Source of the DNA: Cyanophora paradoxa CCMP329
Lineage: Eukaryota; Plantae; Glaucophyta
Direction: 5' to 3'
Length of the DNA stretch: 64,000 bases
Assembly (NCBI GenBank): GCA_004431415.1
Contig: QPMI01000533.1
Location: 372,001-436,000, forward strand
Both the position numbers and the translations under genes were made by a program. Position 1 is the stretch's first letter. The number at the start of each line of letters is the position of its first letter. Shown here piece by piece: positions 11,801-23,400 of the stretch. Under the pieces are notes generated by a model that was given only the letters and a program-made list of their open reading frames with translations, did not search any database and was not told the DNA's origin.

Positions 11801-13803
11801 CCACAGGGGTACCCGGATAATTTTCACCTCTTTCCCAACCTCCACCTCCCGTCTGCCTCACCTTGCCACTCGCCCCTCGGCAGGTACGGCTGCACCGGCG
11901 GCGCGGCCGCGGGCCCTTCCAGGGCAGCGACGTATCCAACGCCTACGCCGAAATATACGGCGGGAGGCCCGGCGGCACCAAGTGCAAGGTAGCCGTACCC
12001 CCCCGGCTGAACCGTATCCCCTCCTGATCCCCCCCCCCAAGGACGACCTGCTGGCTGCGGGCCTGGGTACGCAGGGCGTCATCGCGAACTTCCTCTCCCT
12101 CATGCCCTCGGGGTACGCGATTCGTCCGGCCGGTCGGGGGTACGCGATTTCTTTGCTCCCGCCGAGGCTGCGGCGCAGGTCGGTCGAAGTCGCTCCCGAT
12201 CCGAAGCACGGCAAGGTACCCCCCGGGCTCGATCCTCTCCGTACTCCCCCGTTGCCCTGAATGCCGTACCCCGCCCCAGTGCGTGCGCCTCGCGGCCGAC
12301 TTTGAGGAGCGAGTGGCGTCCATCGTACCCTCCCAGGAGCACCCCGCGCCGGTGCGTCACGCGCAGGGGGGTATGCAGTTAGCTACCTGCGCGGGCGCTG
12401 AGCCGTGGGCCGGCGCAGGCGCCGCGGCCGCGGGCCCCGGAGGTTCCGCTTCGAACCGGCCTCATCGCCCCCGTCCTCCGGTACCCCCCCCCCCGCCACG
12501 TCGATCGATTCCCTGCGGGCTCGTTCGACGTACCCCTCCCAGGAGGGCGGCGGAGTTCTACACGGGCGGGGCGCTGGTACCCCTGGCGACCCTGGGGCGC
12601 ATGTGGCGCCTTTCGTACGAGCCGGCGGTGCCCGTACCCTTCTGGGTCTCGTTCCCCCCCGGCTCGCCCTGCCGGACGCTCATCGGGGCGATCAAGCGAA
12701 TGTTCCCCGGCCTGGCCGCCCCGGGCGGCCTCTTCCACGGGCGCCTGGCCCTGCGCCTCGACTCGGCTGCCCGTACCGCAAGCAGCCCGCGGCACCTTCG
12801 CGGCTCCGGCCCGGGCGCCTGGGCCCCCGGCGCCGACGTCGGCGCCTCGGGGGGTACGGGGTCGCCCACGCACCGCTTCCTCCTACGCCTCGTCGCGCTG
12901 CTCCGGGCGCTCAGGTGACCCTGGCTCGAATCCGCGCGGGACCGCTTTTCCTTAAGCGGCGGCGGCGGCGGCGGCGCGCAGGTCGGCGGACGGCCCGCGC
13001 CTGGCAGTGGGCGCGGTGGCGGAGGCGTGGCGGGACTGGTTCGGGACGGAGCTGGGGGCGGAGGCGGCGGGGGCGGCGGGGGTGGAGGCGGCGATGGCGG
13101 ACGACGAGGCGTCCGTCGCGCGGCTGCTCTGCGCCGAGCTGCTCCCGGGCTCCCTCGAGCCCTCCGCCTCCGACGCCGGCGACGGCCGCGACGAGCCCTG
13201 CATCGACATCGTGCGCCGCGCCCCGTACCCCCGCCCTTCTTCCCCCCCCCCCCTGTATCTCACATCGCCTCAGGTGGCGCCGCTGCGGGAGGGCGCGGCG
13301 CGCGGGGCGTCGGCGGCGGCCGGCGGCCCGCAGACCGCGCCCGACGACTTCGGCAAGTCGGACGGTGACGTCACCCGACGCGCCCCGCGCCCCTCCGGTA
13401 CCCCCCGCGAGCGCTGACCTGACGCGGTACCCCAGACGAGGAGGAGCGGCTGCCCCCCGAGCTCCTTCCACCCCCTCCGCCGCCTCCCCCCCGGGGCCTC
13501 CTCCAGTCCCCCTCGGGCCCTCCCCCGCCGTCTCCGCCGCCCGGCCCGCCCCCGCCCCAGCAGCAGCCCGTTCCCTACTTCCCCGAGCCGTACCCCGGCT
13601 TCGGGGGCGGCTGGGCGGGGCACGGGCAGTGGGGCGCGCCCCCCGGTCACTTCGAGTACCCCCCCTGGCCGGGCCCGCAGCTGGGCGGGCCGGCGTGGGG
13701 GGTACAGGGCCCCGGCCCCGGAGGGCCCTTCGGGGGGGCGCCCATGTTCCCCCCCCACGCGGCCTGGGGCCAGCCCTGGGGCCACCCCTTCCCCCGCTTC
13801 TGA
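5858..13803 (+). CDS. Large Ala/Pro-rich protein with several LOTUS/OST-HTH-like modules and a WG/GW-rich C-terminal tail; multi-exon, with probable indel errors
   Basis: Start context AAGATGG; long low-complexity A/P/K frames at 6850-9900. Two internally homologous globular blocks at 10080-10960 and 12280-13220 (VPLREVLRLWR..YRSLVGALRRLYPG / VPLATLGRMWR..CRTLIGAIKRMFPG; FLRRLVAVLRGLR..VAEAWADYFGTPL / FLLRLVALLRALR..VAEAWRDWFGTEL). Last exon ends ..AWGQPWGHPFPRF-TGA at 13801-13803. Gene existence is firmer than the domain call. Confidence 0.6.
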
Positions 13804-14948
13804 GCGCCGGCGCGACGCGACGCGACGCGGTTTCCTGTACCCCTTTCTGCGGTCGCGCTTCGTTCGCTTCCTGCAGATCGACGGGACGCTGGCTGGCCCA
13901 CGCCGCGGCGCGCGACTACGGCCCACGTGCACGCCCCAAGGGCGACGCGACGCGGACGGTGGCCCGCGCCCGAGTTCCATCTCTCAAGCTTCTCGAACTT
14001 CAAGGCTTCGCGGCGGCGTCTCCATCCAGGGTCCCTATATATCACGCCGACGCGCCCTCTAAGCTCCGACCCCCCGAAGCTCCTCCATCGTTGCTGAGTT
14101 AGCTCTCTGTCTTTTTTTAGCTTCCCAGGCCCCGCGGCCGCTGCTCCCCCTCCTTTTTTACCTTCGAAGTCCCGCCCTATAAGTAGGAGCCCTCCTGGGG
14201 ACCCGAGGGGGGCCTCGGGGGGGTAGACCAGGCTGTTGGAAGGTTAGGCGCGGAGGTAGGCCCAGGCCCAGGGTAGCGGCAGGGGCTTGTTCGTTCCTCG
14301 CGTTGCAAATTGCAGGGGCCGACGCCCTCCTCCAAAATTTCACGAGATATTCATGATTGATCGAAGATCGCTTTGCCGAGTCGAGGCTGCGGGAAGCATG
14401 CGCAGTGCACGTGCATGAGGGGGCGGCCCGAGCTAGCGCTTGAGGGCTAGCTATAGCTCTCAGAGTCTGGGCCCGGGCCGGCTGCGCATGCCAGGCTGAT
14501 GATGATGAGGTCGACAACGCCCTGCCTGAACATTGCGCGCGCGCGGACGTGATTCGAACTTTCGGAACTGTGGTACCGGTCCAGTGGGGGCTTTGATATC
14601 TTTGATATACGTAGTACGCGTACGCGTCGCCGTCACGGCGTCCATCCGATGATCACGGTCCAAGCTTGAAGCGCTGCGGCCGCCGGCCGGGCGCCTTCGA
14701 ATTCGAATTCGAATTCCGAGTTCCGAATTCAAAAGTCCGAATTCTAAGTTCGAATTCATTCGACTCACAGCTGGGCTCGGCCAATCGGGAGTCGAAGCTC
14801 GCCGGCGCCAATCGGGAGTCGAAGCCAGAGTCGATGTTCATGATCATGATCAGTTCATCAGTGTGTTCTGGCCATGGCCATGGCATTGACCGTGGGGCCG
14901 GGGCGGGAAGGCTCTCTTTGAATCCCTTTGAATCCCTTTAAATTAAAT

Positions 14949-15240
14949 CCCTAGCGGGGGCAGGGCGGGGAGGTCGGGCGCCCCGGCCCGAGGCAAGCGC
15001 TGGAACCGGCCGCGGGGCGCGCGCGAGGGCCGAGGCCGGCCGCAGGGCCGCCAGGCTGCTCCGGATCCGGAGCTCCCGGGGTGCCCGCGGCCCCCGGCGC
15101 CCAAGGCGGAGGCGGAGGCGGAGGCGGAGGCGGAGGAGGGGGCGAGGGAACCGTTGAGGGCCGGGCTGCCTGGGCCCGCTCGTGCCCCGAGTGGTGGAAG
15201 CTCGGGCGCGCCGCCCCCGCCCCCGCCCCGCCGCCCCAGC
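14949..15240 (-). pseudogene. Inverted duplicate of the 3' end of the cNMP-binding gene (source ~59605-59880)
   Basis: Reverse complement aligns to the source: gcccgagcttccaccac.cggggcacgagcgggcccaggcagccc..ccttgggcgccgggg..gcagcctggcggccctgcggcc..gcctcgggccggggcgcccg..cccccgctaggg. Confidence 0.85.
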
Positions 15241-15391
15241 CGCCGCCGGCCCTGCGGGGGGCCGGGGAGGGGGGACCACGCGACCACACGGCAAAGCTAA
15301 AGATTCTCTACGTCCTAAATGAGCGGAAATACACTACTTCCCCTTAAGCGCAGTTGGGATCTAGAGTCGAAGCCCCACCCCTTCTCTCTCA

Positions 15392-16078
15392 TTCGCTGAA
15401 GCTTTGCGTCTGATCATGATCATCTGAAATACACCGCCTCACATTGCTAGCTCAAGCGGAATCTGCGGCGCAGGGCCTCACGAGGCGGCGGCGAGACCTT
15501 CCATTTGGTCAACGAGGGACCGCCGCTTCTTGTACCCCCGCGCCTGCTCCGCCAGCTCCCGCCACAGACGCCGCTGCCCCTCCGCGTCTGCGAGGCCGAG
15601 CGGTGTCGGTCGCGGGGTACGGCGGCCCACGGGGGGTACGGCGCACCGGGGACGGATCGGACGAAGTCTGCGAGCTCTTCGAAGTCTGAGGGGTACGTCA
15701 GAGCGGCGCGGAACATTGTCCGGGGGCGCCCCGCCCGCACCGGTGCGGGGGCGGCGGAGGAGTCCGATGGCGGAGAGCTTCGTGGGGAGGGGTACGGGCA
15801 CGATTCGCTGGGGGCGGGCGGACATGTCCGCGGGGTGCGGGGAGGATGGCTCGGAAGGGGGACCGGGGGAGCGCTTGGGCGCGAAGGCGGTGGAGGGCGG
15901 GCGGCGCGCGGCGGAGAAGGGGAGGGGCGAGGTGCGGCTGGGCTCGGAGGGGCCGGGGACGGCGGCTGTGGGGGACGGGGATGGGTTGCGGGGGGATGGC
16001 TGGCTGGGCCTGGCACGTGGGGGCGGCGGAGCGGTGGCCGCGGGCGGAGGGGTACCGGTGCCGTTCGCGAGCGCGTTC
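15392..16078 (-). pseudogene. INTS6 3' fragment, copy A (last exons, introns, stop and part of the 3' UTR)
   Basis: Direct similarity to 51297-52000; encodes ..IGLLRRPRT..DFEELADFVRSVP..QRRLWRELAEQARGYKKRRSLVDQMEGL; shares the downstream tgatcatgatcatctgaaatacac. Confidence 0.88.
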
Positions 16079-16089
16079 TCGCGAGCGAT

Positions 16090-16770
16090 AGGTGGACCGG
16101 GCGGGGGTACGCGCGCCGAGTTCTCGGTGTTCGGCTTGAGCGGACCGGGTACCTCCACAATGCTCTGCGGGTTACAGGGAAGCGGGTGAGGCGGGACCGG
16201 GGCGTGTGGGGGGTATACGTACGGCTGCGCCCGGGCGCGCCTTCAGCTTGTAGCAGATGCGGGCCTTGTAGCTCCCGCGCTCCTCGTGGAAGCTGCGGGG
16301 GGGTAAGATGGGGGGGGGGCACGGGCATCGCGGCGCGCCTGGAGGGGAGGTCCGGGGGGAGGGGGAAGGAGAAGGGGAACGGGTACTGGCGGGCGCGATT
16401 TCGACCTGGTACGTCGCCATAGGGATCTTGGCCTGTACCGGGGCGCGGGCGTGGGCGGGGGTACAGCGCGCGGGGCGCTGGCGAGGGGGAGGGGGCGGGG
16501 TACCCTGAAGAACTCGTGCTTTCCCTCGAAGTGGTCCGTGACTGTGTGAGAGCTCTTTCCGTCCGACACAGTCCGATGCTCCGTCCACTCCGCCTGCGCG
16601 GCGCTCGGCGCGGGGCGCGCCCGCCGCGGCGCTCGCTCGCGGAGGCTGCGCACCTTTTTGAAGACTTTGACCTTCGGCGCGATGCTGCTGGCTCTCGAGC
16701 TCGTGGGCTGCAGGGGCCGAGCCGCGGTCAGGCGCGGAAGGGGCGGGGACGGCGGGCGGCGCTGCTCGGC
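16090..16770 (-). pseudogene. Arrestin-like N-domain gene fragment, copy A
   Basis: Exons give SIAPKVKVFKK / AEWTE..FEGKHEFFR / KIPMATYQVEIAP..FPFSFPLPPDLP / SFHEERGSYKARICYKLK / VEVPGPLKPN, the alpha-arrestin N-domain pattern; homologous to 30440-31150. Confidence 0.7.
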
Positions 16771-17443
16771 CGGGCTGGGGCTCCATCGCAAGACAGGGGC
16801 TCCGATATGTGCGTAGACTCAGTACTAGTAGAGGGCTGCGGCGGCGCGGCGGCTCCGCCGCCCCTGCGGCGGCGGCGCCGCGGCGCGCGGCCGGCCGCGG
16901 GCCTCCGGACCCGTCGGACAGGGTGCAAGCTCGCCCCCGGGGTCTGATCATGAGCCGCGCGCGGACCACTGATGAAACTCAATTGTAACAAAATCTATTT
17001 GCAAACTTAGAAGCTGAAAGGCATCTATTGCTTCTTCTCGTCTGTACATGTGGCCGGTAATTCAAATTCACCAGAAACGATATTCTCGAAATGTGCATGT
17101 GCGTCTTCGCTCGTTATCGACAGCGCTAGCGCTAGCATATACATAAAACGTTAAACGCTGCAGCCGTATCATAAATATCGCCCCATGCAGTCTATCAAAG
17201 GTCTAGATCTATCGTGCTATTGCTCGTACTAACGCACAGCCTGGCAGAAAGACAGAACATGTGCGCGAGGTTACGAAATCAAACTTGAAAGCTCTATATA
17301 TATCTACCATATACGTATACGTAGTACGCCGTACCGGATCGCATTCAAGCTACAACTGAAACTGAGCATTACGTATCTTGCGCTATCATTTGAATTCAAT
17401 GAGGAACCGTGGAACGAGCGTGGCTAGAGCCTGGCTTCGAATT

Positions 17444-20400
17444 CTACTCTCGCGCCTCGCCATTGGCCGCATCGACCTCGGCAATTTGCAGCGCGAGGAG
17501 GCGGTCGGGCTCCAGGGACCGCGCCGCCGCCCGCTGCAGCACGCTGAGCTTGACCTTCCGCAGGCGGCGCAAGAGGGGCAAGAGGATCTGCACGCGCGGA
17601 GGTCGGCCGAGCGACGTTAACGCGGATCGCTCGGGCTTCCATGGGAGGCGCACGGCGAATGCCTCGCGAAGAAAGCGGAGCTGGGCGACGGCCTGCAGCA
17701 GAAGGGCGGCGAGGCTGAGAGCGAGGAGGGCAACCTCGAGGCTGCCCGATCCGCTCGAGGCGGCGGGGCCAAACGCGATCCCCGCGATGACCCCGAAAAT
17801 GCAGATCTGTGCCAGTTGCAAAGAAGGCTCGAGGTCAGACAGATTCGCGATGTCGACAGCTGACTGCGAACGAAGCGCAGACCTCCATGGCACCGGCGAG
17901 CATTTGGACGCCGTTCTCGACGTTGTCGATGTAGGGGCGGACGACGGCGAGGAAGCAGAGGTGCGCGGCGCAGATGGAGAGGAGGACGGCGAGCTGTGCG
18001 GCCACGTTGCGCGACTCGGGGGGGGCCAGGCTGAATCCGCCTGCAGTCAAATTGTGCCGCTTAGTGGCGGTTGAAGTTGGGAAACGACGACGAGTTATCG
18101 ATTACCGAGGACGACGGCGGCCGCAAGCATCTTGGCCATGTCGATAGAGAAGCCGAGGTACGCGCCTCGACGGCAGGCGAACATCTCGAACAGCGGAGCA
18201 AAGCGCTGCACGCCAAATAAGCACGTTACGGTAAATTGAAGGTGGGCGGCCTTGAGCCGGCGCGGGTTGTAGTTGGGTGCGCACGATGAGGCCCTGCGTC
18301 CGGCCAGCGGCCGCGGCGGAGATGGTCCAAGAGCCCTTCATCGTGTGTCGCTCCACATAACTGAAGGCGCGGCGGAAGCCTGACAAGGGGATATTGAATA
18401 TTCGTGAGAATATCGCATATTCGACCAATCATAGTGCATTGCAAATTGATAGTGCATGCACAATGCACATGCGCACTCGCATAGTGCGTACGCGTTCGAC
18501 TAAATTCAATGTTTGTAATGCATTATCGTGTGCAGTCGAACGCACCGTGCGCAGTGCCGACAAGTGCGGTTTTGGCCTTCGAGCTGCCTACCGGGAACGC
18601 CTTCAGCCTCGCGTCTTGCTGTTCAACATGACCGGGATGGCTTTCGATCGTTCGCATCTGCGCATATGTATTCAGCTTGGCTCCACATAGAAATGAACCT
18701 GCACAATTGATATTGCACGAAGGTCGGCATACCTTGCCGGGGCTGGGCCGCGAGAAGAACTTCCAAAGCTGGCGCGACCCAGACACTATCGCGTCCGGGG
18801 AGATCGAAGCGGCGTGCAGTCGCTCCTGTGGGGTACGCGGTATGTGTTGTTCTGCGAAGCTTGGCCGATGTAATTCAAGAACAGCTCGCACCTCGAAAAC
18901 GATCACGCGCTTTTGCTTCACGAGGACATGGATTGCGCGAGCGGAAAGAGCGACGAAAGAGACCGGGACGAGGACCTTCGGGTTCGCAATCAGTCGGAGC
19001 CACGGGATCAGTCGCACTCGCGAAGATCGAACGCACCAGAGCGAGAAGGCCGCAGCCGATCCAAATGGCCTGCCCGCAAGCGATGGCAGACGCGGCATGC
19101 AGCGAGAGCCCCGGAAGCATTACAACCGATGCTTGAATTTCCTGCGGTCATGCGCCCGAGGGCGCCTTCATGACGCAGCAGATCTAGAAGCGTACAAGAA
19201 AAAGATCGAGAAATGGACGAACCAATTTCGGGAAACGAAGGCTTGGCGGCTGCGAGTGGAAAGGGGTCCAGATGAATCACGAATTGAGCAATATTAATGC
19301 AGCATACTGCGACAGACTGCAGATGAGAGCGCGCATGCGCACCAACTGCCCACCCGTGCGCTTCCGAAGGAGACGCTTGAACACGAGCACGGCAACGCCC
19401 CGCATAGCCCACACCGCTATGTACAGGACGAGCGTCCAGAAGCACGCGGTCGCAAAATTGCGCGACGCCTTCGTCGTCGTCATGGGCTCGCGGCCGCGGA
19501 GCAGCCCGGCGCCTGTCTCTGCGCCTCCTCTGATTGTGCTCGAATCTTCCTCTATCAACAACGTCCATGGCGCTGCACAATTCAAATAAGCCGAATTAAT
19601 ATTAATATTGATTCCGACTTGCAACGAGATCTCGAGGCGACGTCGACTGACCGGGCGTGGGCGTCATGAGTGCCCAGCCTGGAGAGCAGAATAAGACGAC
19701 TTCAACCGTTGAACTTGATTCAATAAAATACAGAGACAGTCGCGCACCAAGGCTTTCGCTCATTGACGCGTACGACGCTGGTACCACGTTGCCGACAACG
19801 TGGGCGGTGCTCGCCAGAAATCCGAGCCGCGAGATCAGACTCTGCATGCGCAGGCTACGTTGGCCGCGCCCATGGTATGGCAAGGCGCCCATGGTATGGC
19901 CAGGTATTTAAACTGAGAAGCTCACCACAATGCCTGAGCCGCTTGTCTGCACCTTCGCGCTGATCTCTGCAATGTCGATGTCGAAGGTCGTCTCCTCCCG
20001 GGACGCTGCGGCCTCCGCGGCGACGATGGGCTGCGGCGTACGCTGCACTTCCACAACCACCTCGTGACCTCGGCGTCGGCCAAGGTCTGTTTGTGTTTCC
20101 CCATCCGATTCAGATTCTGCGTCTTCATTATCCTCTTCTATATCTTCTGATCCCGCGGATGTCTGCACGTATATGCGTGCATATCAATCGTATACGTAAT
20201 TATAATAAATTGCGATGTATAGTCCGGAGCCAAATCTTAATCAAAAGCTCACGTACATTCTTCTTGCGTTTGGTCTTCTTCTTAGAAGCTCGCGCGTCTC
20301 CACCGTCGAGCCCATCTGCCTCGCGGGCGCCTTGCTCCTCGTTTCCCCCCGATGCGCCGTTCGAATTCCCTGCTTCTGCTTGAGAGCTCGACCCGAACCT

Positions 20401-23400
20401 GTCTTCTGCGCCGCCACCGGCTCCACCAGAGGCTGCATCGCCACCCGATTTAGCTCCGCCTGGACCGCCGCCGCCGCCGCCGGATGCTGAGGCTCCACCC
20501 CCGCCGCCTCCGCCTGAAGCCGCCGCCCCGCCGCCGCCTCCCCCTGCTGCCGCAGCCCCGCCTCCTCCGCATCCAGCCGCGGCCGCGGCGCCCCCGCCTC
20601 CAGCGGCGGCGGCGCCTCCAGCCGCAGCCGCGGCGCCCCCGGCCACCGCCGCGCCCCCTGCGGCCACAGCATTTGCGCTGACGCCTCCGACAATCGCGAC
20701 CGCTGCTGCTGCGCCGCCTGCAGCCACAGCGTTCGCACTGACCGCCGCCCCGAGCGCTGCGCTCGCCATGGACGCGGCGAAGACGACGCCGACGCTGACG
20801 GCTGCGGTTGCGGACACCGTTGCAACGGTTACGACGGTCATTGTTTTGCCGATAGCGCTGCCCGTCTCTGGTGATAAGACCGAGCGACTTCTCGTGGATC
20901 CGCTGTAGTCAACAGAGACGGAGAGAGGGGCTGAACCCTCCTCGTTGTTGCTGTTGATCGCCACAAACTCGAAACTGTAGGCGCCTTCAGCTAGGCCGGC
21001 TGGAGAAGGTGAATGGGATATGCGCGTTTTGATTAGAAATAAATCAATGCCATTTGAATGCTCATGCGTGCCTGGTATCGACAGCTGATCACCGCCAGCT
21101 GCAGGCAGCGGCACTGGCGTCCCTCTCGCCTGTCGCCAGTACGCGCCCACGATGCCGAACTCGTCGTCGCGCGCCGATGCAAGAACGGTCGCGTTCTGTG
21201 CGGGATCCTCCACTACGACCTGCGACTTGGACAGCGAGACTACCGGCTGCGCGTCCGCTGGGCTTGCGTGAGCATGCGGAGCCATTTAATTTCTGACTGC
21301 CGCAAAATTGATCGCACCCGCGCTGGAGGGGTCTAGTACGTCGACGGTGAGCGACAAGAGCGGCAGGCCCACGACGGCGGCGATCGAGGTCGAGTCGAGG
21401 GCGCGCAGATTGGAGGCCAAGGCATCCACGCCTTGATCCGTGAGCAGCGCCACGCTATGCTGTGTGGATATATATGAGTAATCGCAGAAATCTTAATCAT
21501 CCATCGATATCGCAAGCTTGATCATGATCATGAGCCAATATTGTAGTGCGACATCTTTATGCTATCGCGAGCAGATTCAGATCGCTTTAGCTATAGGTGC
21601 AGCTCATTCGAATTCGCTACTTATTACTGATTAATATAAATGTAAGAGGCTTGCCTCGATGATGACAGAGCCAGAACGGTACGAGATTCCGTAGATGCGG
21701 TGCGCCGACACGCCCTCTGCCTTTGCCAGCATCTTGATTCTGGAGGGCCGGACCGGACGCGAATGTCAAAGCGCAAAAATCGAAGAAAACGAGCTTGCAA
21801 ATTTGCGGTGGCGGCGCACAGTGCCGGATCAGTTGCCGTAGGATAGACGCGGGTGAATTCCGCATACTCGCCATCGAAGCGCATCGAGACGAACACGCGC
21901 CGCGCGCGGGCCACGTTGACTGTTCCGACCGTGGAGGAGGAACGTCCCGTGGAGTTTGATACGACTGTGAGGTTGAAGAAGTACGTGCCCTGCTTCGGTC
22001 GCAGGACGGACGCGACGCAGGACTGGCCATGGACGTCGACGCCATCCGCGGCCGGCTGGATGCTGTCCGTGAATGCGAGAGGAGACGAGACCTGCCCGCG
22101 CGCGAAATTGCAAGTGAGGTGTGGCCGTGGTATATACACGTATAGAGAGCTGATAATTATGTCATAAATAAATGTGAAGGTAAACAAACCAGGCTCCACA
22201 GGCAGAGGATTGAGCCGCCATCTGTATCGCTGCTGAGCGTGCCGTTGAGGATGATGCTAGAGGTTGGCAGTTCGACAGATGCAGAGGTCGAGAAGACTGC
22301 ACGCGGAAAGAGATTGGGTGGGAGGGTACTAGTGGGTGACGCGGAAGGTGTTGGACTTGGCTCGGGCGGTATCGGAGACGGCGTCGGATCGGGTTGTATC
22401 GATAGCGGAGAGGGCGAAGGCGTCGGGGGTGCGGTTGGCAAAGCAGTCGGCGCTGCGCGTGTACATGTGCGTCGAAGTCACGTCATTTCGTGAGCTCGAC
22501 AAACATTGAAGGACGCACTCGCGATTGGAGGAAGCGGTGTCGGTGTCACGATCAGTGTCGGGGCTGCTGAAATCATTTCCGGGAAAAGGCCTGCAGAAAG
22601 TAGAGCTCAATTCCAATCTCGGAGCATATAATTTTAGCGAGTTATGGTTCATGATCATATCGCAAATCAATTACCGGAGTCCAGATCGGAGATTGAGAGC
22701 CGCACGAGCGGCGTGTTTGATGCTGTGCTGGGGTTCCTCATCCCCGCGTAATAGAGGAATTTTCCATCGAGGGAGCGATGCATGTCGTAAAGGTGCAAGG
22801 AGCCATCTATAGAGCTGTCTCGAACGACCAAAGAACGAAGGAGAGTGCCGTTCTCAACAGACCAGAAGCGGATGTAACCTTGCTGGTCTCCCGAGATGAG
22901 GGCCTTGCCGCCGGAAGAAAAGGCGACTCCAACAATGCTCATGCTTAGACCTCCTAAGCCAGGCAAGGCATGGTTCATGGCACGCAACTGGGTGCCGTTT
23001 TGCATAGAGAACAATCGCACGGATCCTGTCGAGCCTTCTCCGATGGCGACAAGGTCGTTGCTCGGTGAGATCGCCGCGCACAGGGCACCCCCACTGATGC
23101 TCGTAGACCAGAGAAGGGTGCCATTTGCAGAGTACCAGACGCGTACGCTGTTGCCGGCCGCAACGATGTAGCTTCCGTCGGCAGAGACTGACAGCGCAAC
23201 TGCCACGAAGGGATCGTTCGTGGGATCGATGCCAGGTACGGTTAGGTTGCGAGTAGGAACGCCGCTTGCCACTTCCGACACTTGGACGAGATTCATTTGA
23301 CCCCAGGAGGTCACAATAAATGCAGAGTCAGGTGTGAAAGCGACATCATAATTGATAGAAGTCGCGCCGGGCGGTCCGTTTAAGTAAGGCGGTCCAGCAA

